64,000 bases of DNA, taken from the NCBI GenBank assembly GCA_038318385.1, contig JBBQCD010000001.1, positions 14,164 to 78,163 on the forward strand, read 5' to 3'. The first letter of the stretch is position 1; each line of letters begins with the position of its first letter. The position numbers and the translations under genes are program-made. The notes beneath the pieces are model-generated. The model saw only the letters and a program-made list of their open reading frames with translations. It had not been told where the DNA came from and did not search any database. This DNA comes from Burkholderiales bacterium (lineage in GTDB: Bacteria > Pseudomonadota > Gammaproteobacteria > Burkholderiales > Burkholderiaceae_C). Positions 32,385-39,824 of the stretch are shown here, piece after piece.

Positions 32385-32914
32385 CGATCGACCTTCGCGA
32401 TGAACTTCCACTCGGAGTATTCCCGCGCGGCCGGTAGCGCAAGCCCGGACATTTCCCACGGCGCGACGTGCATCGGCTTTTCGGTACCAAGGCTGAAGAC
32501 CCCCCTAACGCTGCCGTCCGCACCCCGCACGATTCCCCACGGCCTCGCGGGGTCGAGCGGATCGGGGTAGAGCTTGCGAAGATGCCGGAGCGTTCCGACG
32601 CGACGTCCATCGGCCAGGAGACTGTCGAGGTCTGGCGGATACGCCTTCAGCGAGCCCGGGGAGGCAGCGTGATAGGCAGCAATGGCTGCGGCGTACAGGG
32701 ACCCGATGCGCAGGAGATCCTGTTCGCGATCGCGCCGGCTGGCATCGGACCACCTGGGAGCGACCGTGGCCAGGCCGAGCGAGAACACGACCACGGCCGC
32801 GAGCATCCACACGTAGGTGAACCCTGGACCGGAAGATGCTGATGGGGGTCCGCGCCGAGCCCGGCAACCGGCGGGACGGAGGGCGGATCGCCGCGCGCAG
32901 TCACCAGGCCGCAT
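32381..32914 (-). CDS. atypical minor pseudopilin (prepilin-like N-terminus lacking Glu5)
   Basis: GPGFTYVWMLAAVVVFSLGLATVAPRW has a G/F cleavage context but Trp where Glu5 is expected. It has a long basic leader. The ATG at 32914 overlaps the previous gene by 14 nt. Confidence 0.55.
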   Translation of the reverse strand: MRPGDCARRSALRPAGCRARRGPPSASSGPGFTYVWMLAAVVVFSLGLATVAPRWSDASRRDREQDLLRIGSLYAAAIAAYHAASPGSLKAYPPDLDSLLADGRRVGTLRHLRKLYPDPLDPARPWGIVRGADGSVRGVFSLGTEKPMHVAPWEMSGLALPAAREYSEWKFIAKVDR

Positions 32915-33287
32915 ATCGTGTCCCGTCGCGGGCTGAACCCTCCGCCCCACTCCGCACATCTGCAACGGCCCCGGAATCGGGAGCCGTTGGTGCGACCAAG
33001 ATCCAGGAATCGGCGCGTTCGGTGATCGGATCGAGCGGGAGCCGGCGCAGGTATCGCGCCTGAACCAGTTCATCGAGATCGATCGGAAAGCGTGCACGAT
33101 CGGCATGGAACTTGTCGATCGCGTCGCGCACGCCAGCGAGGTTGTGTCGCAGCACCGCCTCGCGCGCGCGGTCGACATGCTCGGTGTAGCGCGGCGCGCT
33201 GATCGAGAGCAACAGACCGAGGGCGGCCATGACGACCAGCAGTTCGATCAAGGTGTATGCACTGGCGGCGCGCCGTAAACGCGGCAT
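32901..33287 (-). CDS. minor pseudopilin (prepilin-type N-terminal methylation domain)
   Basis: MPRLRRAASAYTLIELLVVMAALGLLLSISAPRY has Ala at position -1 instead of Gly. The C-terminal DVRSGAEGSARDGTRYAAW resembles the tail of the preceding pseudopilin. Confidence 0.72.
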   Translation of the reverse strand: MPRLRRAASAYTLIELLVVMAALGLLLSISAPRYTEHVDRAREAVLRHNLAGVRDAIDKFHADRARFPIDLDELVQARYLRRLPLDPITERADSWILVAPTAPDSGAVADVRSGAEGSARDGTRYAAW

Positions 33288-33289
33288 CT

Positions 33290-33766
33290 CTACCACTCCT
33301 TCAGGGCGATGCCGTTCAAGCCGATCCGTTCCGAACGGGAAGCCACGTCGTAGACGTCGGCGCCCGGGCGCGGTCGCTCGGCAGAGGACTGGTAGCTGCG
33401 CAGCGCCCACGTCTGTGCGGCAGGGACGCTCGCCACCGCGAACGGATCCCGCGGAATCCGTCGCAGGAAGCGGTGGGTGCGCCCCGCTACCTTGGGGTCG
33501 GCCAACCCGCTTACCAGGGATTCGAGGCTCTCCGGATAGCCGGTCTCTCCCGGTTTCCCCGCGATCCCCCCGGCATCGGTGGCGCGGCGGTAAGCATCGA
33601 TGGCATCGCGAATCTCCCACAGCGCATGCTTCAACTCGCGCTCCCGATCGCGCTGGACCGCGATCTCCGCCATCGGCAACGCCGCGGCCGCGAGGATGCC
33701 GAGAACCGCCATCACGGCCAGCAATTCGACCAGCGTGTAGCCTCGGGAGCGCGGATGGCGCGTCAT
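33290..33766 (-). CDS. pseudopilin (GspG-like fold family, prepilin-type N-terminus)
   Basis: MTRHPRSRGYTLVELLAVMAVLGILAAAALPM. C-terminal DVYDVASRSERIGLNGIALKEW. The ATG at 33766 overlaps the secretin stop (ATGA). Confidence 0.8.
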   Translation of the reverse strand: MTRHPRSRGYTLVELLAVMAVLGILAAAALPMAEIAVQRDRERELKHALWEIRDAIDAYRRATDAGGIAGKPGETGYPESLESLVSGLADPKVAGRTHRFLRRIPRDPFAVASVPAAQTWALRSYQSSAERPRPGADVYDVASRSERIGLNGIALKEW

Positions 33767-36069
33767 CGAGTCCCCGCAACCTGCTGGATGTCCAGTTTCA
33801 ATGGCGGCAGCGACGCCGGCTCGGCAACGGGCCCGGCCAGACCGATCGGACGCATGCTCAACAGTGCAACCTCCGCGAGGCCCGCCGCGAGCGCCTTGAA
33901 GCGCAAGGTGAGGACATTGCCTTTGCCGACAGCGCCGGTCAGCGTCGTTCGGAGGACGCCCGCGCTGGCGCGGGCGCTCCCGGCGTCGATGGTCTGGGTG
34001 AAGCTGGTCTGCGCACCGCCCTGCCGGAAGAGTTCGGCCTCCTCGATCGCGACCAGTTCGAGCTTGCCCTTGCTGTAGCCGAGCTCGACGGGCAAGCCCC
34101 GAAGGGGCTGGTCAGACTGAATGGCAACCCGCACGTCGAACGTGTCGCCGGCCTTCACGCTCGGCGGTCCGCTCAGCGACGCGATCGGCGATGCCGATGT
34201 CGACGCCTCCGGTGGCGCCACCACCGGGCTCTGCGGCGGCCAGGAACGGGCCGCTACGCCCCCGCCCCCGCCGCCGCCCGAGGACGCTGCCGACGATGAA
34301 TCACCGCCCCCGCCGAGATCGCCCCCGGCCTGAGCCGACGTTGCGACGCCGCCGACCGGTCTCAGCCGCGGCGACGCCTCCGTCCCGACCCAGATTTCAG
34401 ATTCCGCGATGTCCGGTCGTTTCAGACTGCGAAGGACGCGCGGGGTGATCGAGAGCACCAGCTCGACCCGCTGCCCATTGTCGAGCTGACTGGAGAACAG
34501 CCGGCCCGCCAACGGCAGGTCGCCCAGCCCGGGTACCTTGCTGGCGTCGCTGCGCTCGGCCGTGCTGATCAGCCCCGCAAGCAGCTGGGTTTCACCGTCG
34601 CGCAACCTCAGCAGGGTCGACGCGTTGCGCGTGCCGATCTGGTAGGCGAGCGTTCCGGATGCGGTCTTGATGACGCTGCCGAGCGAGCTGACCTCGAGTC
34701 CGATCCTGATCGCCACCTCGTCGTCGACGTAGACCGTGGGCTCCACCTCGAGCTTGAGTCCGACATCGATGTAGCTGACGCTGTCGGAAACGAAACCGGT
34801 CGAACCCTGCGTCGTCGTCACGATCGGGATCTTGTCGCCGACGAGGACGCGGGCCTTCTCCTTGCTGCGCACCCGGATGCGCGGGTTGGCAAGCATGTTG
34901 AAATCGCCCGTCTCGCGCTTGAGGTTGACGGTGACGCCGCCGATCGACAGGCCGATACGGTCGCGGGTCACGCCGCGGACGTTGGCGAGAGTCAGTCGAT
35001 CCGCGCCCATCGGCGGCAGCAAGGTCAAGGCGAAGAAGTCCGGAAACTTCACGCCCAGTTCGGTGAGACGAGAGGTATTGATCTCGATGACCTCGACTTC
35101 GAGCAGGACCTCGGGCTCGGCAGTGTCGTAGAGCATCAGAAGGCGTTCGGCCATCTGCACGTTCGGCTCCGATTCGCGCAGCGCCAGCATGTTGGTGCGC
35201 TCGTCGACATAGGGGTCGCGGATCTTCAGCATCGATTTCAGGAACGCGGCTGCGCCCTTGGCGTCGCCACCCGACAGGTGGAAGACGCGCACGACCTGCT
35301 CCTGGTGCTCGCGCTGCTTGTCCGGCGTGTTGGGGTAGATCAGCATCGTCCGGCTGTCGACCACCTTCTTGGCCAGCTGGTTCGTGCTGACGATCAGCTC
35401 GACCGCGTCCTCGACCCGTACCGACCGCAGATAGGCGGTGACGCGAACGTCGCTGCGAATGTCCTTGTCGAAGACGAAATTGATGCCGCTGTTCCTCGAC
35501 ACGGCATCGAGAACGGTGCGCAGGTTCGCGTCCCGGAAGTCGATGGAGATGGGTCGCGTCTCGGCAAGGCCGAGTTGCGACGCCTGAAGCTGGGTCTGGC
35601 GTTGCTCGGCCTCGATGCGTCGCTTCAACGCCAGCAGTTCCGGATGCCGCGGCTGCGCCTTCAGCGCTTCGACAACAGTCGAAGAGGCCGCGTCCAGACG
35701 ACGTTGATCGACGAGCGCACGGGCGCGAGCCAGCGCGGCCTCCTGCCGCCGGTCGGTGGCGATCTGGCTGCGCATGGCGTCGATGCGCGGGTCGTTCGGC
35801 TGAAGGGTCGAAGCACGCATCAGGACCCGTTCGGCATCGTCGAGCTGGCCTTCTGCACGCGCAGACCCGGCCTGGGCGAGCACGCGCGCCAGCACTTCCG
35901 CCTTGGTCTCGAGCAGTCCGGCTCGCAACAGTGCGCTTTCAGGGTAGGTCTGCAACCCGGACTCGAGGACCATCGTGGCCTGCTCGTAGTGACCCGCACG
36001 CATCTGGATCAGGGATTCGTCGCGGATCCGTTGCTGGACACAGCCAGCAAGTGCAAGGAGGGTGCACAA
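33763..36069 (-). CDS. gspD: secretin (GspD/PilQ superfamily) lipoprotein with N-terminal TPR-like region and C-terminal Gly/Ser linker plus cohesin-like domain
   Basis: Secretin core: FNMLANPRIRVRSKEKARVLVGDKIPIVTTT...LLRLRDGETQLLAGLIS...KVPGLGDLPLAGRLF...ELVLSITPRV. N-domain: ISIDFRDANLRTVLDAVSRNSGINFVF. Lipobox: LALAGC. The tail (aa ~633-745) is an all-beta pattern, GDTFDVRVAIQSD...GNVLTLRFKALAAGLAEVAL. The start is uncertain (TTG 36069; see findings). Confidence 0.88.
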   Translation of the reverse strand: MCTLLALAGCVQQRIRDESLIQMRAGHYEQATMVLESGLQTYPESALLRAGLLETKAEVLARVLAQAGSARAEGQLDDAERVLMRASTLQPNDPRIDAMRSQIATDRRQEAALARARALVDQRRLDAASSTVVEALKAQPRHPELLALKRRIEAEQRQTQLQASQLGLAETRPISIDFRDANLRTVLDAVSRNSGINFVFDKDIRSDVRVTAYLRSVRVEDAVELIVSTNQLAKKVVDSRTMLIYPNTPDKQREHQEQVVRVFHLSGGDAKGAAAFLKSMLKIRDPYVDERTNMLALRESEPNVQMAERLLMLYDTAEPEVLLEVEVIEINTSRLTELGVKFPDFFALTLLPPMGADRLTLANVRGVTRDRIGLSIGGVTVNLKRETGDFNMLANPRIRVRSKEKARVLVGDKIPIVTTTQGSTGFVSDSVSYIDVGLKLEVEPTVYVDDEVAIRIGLEVSSLGSVIKTASGTLAYQIGTRNASTLLRLRDGETQLLAGLISTAERSDASKVPGLGDLPLAGRLFSSQLDNGQRVELVLSITPRVLRSLKRPDIAESEIWVGTEASPRLRPVGGVATSAQAGGDLGGGGDSSSAASSGGGGGGGVAARSWPPQSPVVAPPEASTSASPIASLSGPPSVKAGDTFDVRVAIQSDQPLRGLPVELGYSKGKLELVAIEEAELFRQGGAQTSFTQTIDAGSARASAGVLRTTLTGAVGKGNVLTLRFKALAAGLAEVALLSMRPIGLAGPVAEPASLPPLKLDIQQVAGTR

Positions 36070-36162
36070 GACGACCTGCGACAGACCGAGGGAGAGTCTC
36101 GGTGTCGTTGTCCCACCCTGCGCGTTCGCTGCATCGATGATGGGCTCCGCGTCTCACTGCGT

Positions 36163-36723
36163 TCAATCGCGGGGAATCGGGACTGTCGCTGTCGTACCGG
36201 TAATCTCGTGGACCAGCGTGACGGCCTCGTCGGACACGGACATCACGGTGTAGCCCTCGTCGACTTTCTGACCGGCGACGACCGCGAACTCGGAGGCCCC
36301 GCGTGCCATGTAGAACAGTGGGCCGCCCTCGACAGGCGCCATTCGGCCGACGAAGCGAAGCCCTATCGAAGGGGCGGCCGCCGCAATGACCGTGCGGGGA
36401 GCGGGGCCTGGATTGCCGGCCGAGGATGGCACCGTCGGAGTGACCTGTCGAACGACGGGCGGCGGCTGGGATGGCATCGGGTCCGATCGCAGGGCGAAGA
36501 TGTCCCGCTTCGCGTCTTCGAGCCCATGTCCGCGTCCGGCGTCGGGCGCGGCCACTCCCCGGTTGGCGGTTGCCGTCGTCTCCCGCGTGGTGGTGCCTCG
36601 CACGCCCACCATCTCGGAGGTCCCGTTCACCGCAGCAACAGCCTGCACGGGACGATCCGTCCATGCGGACGCGGCCGCCAGCATCGCGGCAACGCCAAGT
36701 GAGAACAGCAGGCCGCGACGCAT
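36163..36723 (-). CDS. PilP / GspC-HR-like periplasmic protein
   Basis: Signal peptide MRRGLLFSLGVAAMLAAASA, then a Pro-rich linker. The C-terminal LRFVGRMAPVEGGPLFYMARGASEFAVVAGQKVDEGYTVMSVSDEAVTLVHEITG fits the PilP/GspC homology-region beta-sandwich pattern. It sits immediately upstream of the secretin. Confidence 0.55.
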   Translation of the reverse strand: MRRGLLFSLGVAAMLAAASAWTDRPVQAVAAVNGTSEMVGVRGTTTRETTATANRGVAAPDAGRGHGLEDAKRDIFALRSDPMPSQPPPVVRQVTPTVPSSAGNPGPAPRTVIAAAAPSIGLRFVGRMAPVEGGPLFYMARGASEFAVVAGQKVDEGYTVMSVSDEAVTLVHEITGTTATVPIPRD

Positions 36724-36738
36724 CTCAGCCCCTTCCTG

Positions 36739-37314
36739 TCAGCGGCCGGCCTGCGTCGCCGCGGCGAATGGCGGACGACCCAAGGTCACGAGCAGTGTCA
36801 CGTCGACACCGGCCCCGGCGGCACCTCTGCGCAACGAGATGCGATCGAGCGTCGAGTCGGAATACCGGTCCGCGGTTGCAGCCAGGACCCGCTTGACGTT
36901 CGGGTATGTCCCGTGGAGGCCGAGATGCAGGACTTCTGACGAGTCTGGCGCGCCTTGAGTTGCCGACGGCTGCGCGTGCAGGGTCGTCAGTTCGACAGAC
37001 GACTCCAGGGAGTCGCGTTGCAGACTGGCGATCAGCGCTTGTGTCGTGGTCGCTGGCCGATTGACGATCGTCATGTCGGCCGGTGGCGACTCCGCATGCG
37101 CGACGCCCTCCGGCAAGACGGGCTTCAACTGCCGATCGACCTTGCTGATGTTGGCCCGCAGCGCGCGAACCCGGGCTTCCAGATGGGCCGTCAGAACCCA
37201 GGCGACAACCGCGAGGAAGGCCATGCAGAGCAGAATGGCCCGACGGATGGGAGGGTCGAGCGCTTGATGCCAAACCACCCGGAAAGAGGCCCGAACGCCG
37301 CTCGGGAGGCGCAA
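36739..37314 (-). CDS. PilO/GspM-like bitopic inner-membrane protein (first gene of the secretion operon)
   Basis: One TM (AILLCMAFLAVVAWVLTA), a coiled segment (HLEARVRALRANISKVDRQL) and a C-terminal domain (VLHLGLHGTYPNVKRVLAATADRY...VDVTLLVTL). The start is TTG 37314 or GTG 37278. Confidence 0.5.
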   Translation of the reverse strand: MRLPSGVRASFRVVWHQALDPPIRRAILLCMAFLAVVAWVLTAHLEARVRALRANISKVDRQLKPVLPEGVAHAESPPADMTIVNRPATTTQALIASLQRDSLESSVELTTLHAQPSATQGAPDSSEVLHLGLHGTYPNVKRVLAATADRYSDSTLDRISLRRGAAGAGVDVTLLVTLGRPPFAAATQAGR

Positions 37315-37504
37315 GCCGAGGTGGACGGCGGACGCTTGTTCGAATCGAAGTTTGTCGGCACACGATCCCCGCTTGGTCGGACGCCGTCACGTCAGGGAGA
37401 ACTACGGCGACGTCTTCCGAGAGACGTCCATGGATCTCACGGTATCGACGCGTCGCCACTGCGGCAACACCCCCAAAGGAGGGCGGCTGCAACACCGACG
37501 CGTC

Positions 37505-39652
37505 TCAGTCAGGCACTGCGGCGAAGTCGTCGACCTGGATGACGCGGTCGGCCGCCCGCAGGTAGGCGAGTGCGGCCGCTGGATCGCGCGAAGCTTGCGC
37601 AGCTTCCTCGAGCGAATTCGTTCGGCGCAGGACCTTGTTCAGTTCGGGCAGCTCGTCGCCCACGGTGTCGGCGAGCTGGAGTGCCTGCATCAGATCGCGC
37701 AGCCCGCCGCTGGCCGGCATGCCGACATCCGGGCACAGACGCCGCACGAGCGCGGGGTCCTCGCGCAACGCTTCGGCCTGGCCGATGAGGTCGCGGTCGC
37801 GCAACGGCGCCAGGTGGCGCGTGCCGCGCAACAGCAGCGGCGCGACGATCCGCAGCGCGCGCGACGGCAGGTTCGCATACAGGTCGCGCAGCGTGGCCGA
37901 AGCCAGGTCGAGTTGCACGCGGACCGCAGCACGCGCGATCGGCAGCATCTTCGGATCGCCCTCGACCTCGTAGCGCCACAGGCACGCAGAGGCGAGGTAG
38001 AGGTGCGACAACACGTCGCCGAGCCGCGCAGACAGCAGTTCCATGCGCTTGAGCTTGCCGCCGAGCAGGCCCATCGCCAGGTCGGCGGTCAGCGCGTACT
38101 TGGCCGAGACCCGCGCGATCAGCCGCGCCTCCTTTGCAAGGTCGGCCGGAGGATGGCCGCGCACGGGCGCCCACGCGAGGCTCGCCCAGAGATTGCGCCA
38201 GACGTGCGCGCCGTGGCCGAGCAGCGCATGCCCGAGCGCATCGGCGTCGCGCTTCTCCACGGCGGCCATTTCCGCGAGCACATGGGGGTGGCAGCGCACG
38301 GCACCCTGGCCGAAGATGATCAGCGCGCGGGTCAGGATGTTCGCGCCCTCCACCGTGATGGCGATCGGCGCGTGCCGGTAGGCCACGCCGAGGAGGTTCT
38401 TCGGCCCCGCACTGATCCCCTTGCCGCCGAGGATGTCCATGCCGTGGGTGACGGCGCGGCGGCCGGCTTCGGTGAGATGCACCTTGAGGATCGCACTGGC
38501 GACGCTCGGCCGCTCGCCCTGGTCGAGCGCGGCGGCGGTGTAGCGTCGCGCCGCGTCGGTCGCATAGAGATCGACCGCCATCCGCGCGATGAGCGCCGCG
38601 ATGGCATGGAACCGGCTGATCTGCAGACCGAACTGCTCGCGGATGCGACCGTAGCCGACGACCACGTTCAGCGCCACCTGCTGCATCGAGGCGCCGAGCG
38701 CCGGCAGGGAGATGGCCCGCCCCGCGGCGAGGCTTTCCATCAGCATGCGCCAGCCCTGCCCGACCTGCGACTCGCCGCCGATGATCCAGTCCATCGGCAC
38801 GAACACGTCCTCGCCGCGGACCGGACCGTTCATGAAAGAAGAGTTCATCGGTCGATGGCGCCTGCCGATGTCCATGCCGGCGGTCGGCACCGGCACCAGC
38901 GCGCAGGTGATGCCGAGTTCCTGCTCGCCCTCGGGGCGCCCGGGGTCGATGGCGTGGAATGCCAGCCCGACCACGGTGGCCACGGGCGCCAGCGTGATGT
39001 AGCGCTTGTCGAAGTTGACGAGGAAGCCCCGCACGGGGCGCCCGTCGATCTGGCGCTCGGTCAGCACGCCGCGGTCCGGAATCGACGCCGCGTCCGACCC
39101 GGCGTAGGGCGAGGTCAGGCCGAAGCACGGCAGCTCGCGGCCATCGGCCAAGCGCGGCAGGTAGTGCCGCTTCTGGGTCTCGCTGCCGTAATGGAGCAAC
39201 AGTTCCGCGGGTCCGAGCGAATTCGGCACCATCACGGTCACGGCCGCGGCGACGTTCGTCGACGCGATCCGGGTGACGACTGCGGCGTGGGCAAAGTGCC
39301 CGAATCCGAGGCCGCCGAACTCGCGCGGAATGATCATGCCGAAGAACTTGTGTTCCCGCAGGAACTGCCAGACCGCAGGGGGCAGGTCACCGGCCTCGTC
39401 GATCGCGAAGTCGTCGAGCATCGCGATCAGCTCGGCAACGTCATGGTCGAGGAAGTGCTGCTCCGCGTCAGTCAACCGGTTCGGGCCGACGGCCCGCAAG
39501 GCGTCGAAGTCCGGTCTGCCAGCGAAGAGCTGGCCTTCGAATCCCACGGTGCCGGCTTCGAGGGCAGCCCTCTCGGTGTCGCCGATCGGCGGCAACGCTT
39601 TCGTGAAGGGCGCGAGCGCCCATCGTCCGAGCCAGCTGCTGGCCATTCCCAT
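37505..39652 (-). CDS. large FadE-type acyl-CoA dehydrogenase
   Basis: 715 aa. GMIIPREFGGLGF, CFGLTSPYAGSDAASI and ILGGKGISAGP resemble E. coli FadE-class ACADs with the extended C-terminal domain. Confidence 0.87.
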   Translation of the reverse strand: MGMASSWLGRWALAPFTKALPPIGDTERAALEAGTVGFEGQLFAGRPDFDALRAVGPNRLTDAEQHFLDHDVAELIAMLDDFAIDEAGDLPPAVWQFLREHKFFGMIIPREFGGLGFGHFAHAAVVTRIASTNVAAAVTVMVPNSLGPAELLLHYGSETQKRHYLPRLADGRELPCFGLTSPYAGSDAASIPDRGVLTERQIDGRPVRGFLVNFDKRYITLAPVATVVGLAFHAIDPGRPEGEQELGITCALVPVPTAGMDIGRRHRPMNSSFMNGPVRGEDVFVPMDWIIGGESQVGQGWRMLMESLAAGRAISLPALGASMQQVALNVVVGYGRIREQFGLQISRFHAIAALIARMAVDLYATDAARRYTAAALDQGERPSVASAILKVHLTEAGRRAVTHGMDILGGKGISAGPKNLLGVAYRHAPIAITVEGANILTRALIIFGQGAVRCHPHVLAEMAAVEKRDADALGHALLGHGAHVWRNLWASLAWAPVRGHPPADLAKEARLIARVSAKYALTADLAMGLLGGKLKRMELLSARLGDVLSHLYLASACLWRYEVEGDPKMLPIARAAVRVQLDLASATLRDLYANLPSRALRIVAPLLLRGTRHLAPLRDRDLIGQAEALREDPALVRRLCPDVGMPASGGLRDLMQALQLADTVGDELPELNKVLRRTNSLEEAAQASRDPAAALAYLRAADRVIQVDDFAAVPD

Positions 39653-39824
39653 GCCGGTCCTCCCCCGCGATGGCGGGGCGCCTTCGCATGAAGCGATCGT
39701 AAGGCGGCGCTACGACGAGCTGATCAGAGGTTGCGAAGGGCGGGGCCGATCGAAGCGCCGAAGAACTGCATGCGGACCTCCGCGCGCATCGCCAGCGCGC
39801 ATCGCGACCTCCAGCCCGGCGGTC

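Noticed and set aside
37447-37504. Two copies of the palindrome GACGCGTC with GC(G/T)GCAACACC repeats just after the FadE-like gene stop. I considered these as the promoter/operator of the secretion operon, or as a terminator.
   Set aside because: The arms do not give a clean long hairpin and there is no U-tract. I see no recognisable -35/-10 pair at a convincing spacing. This is noted, but it is too weak to call as a feature.
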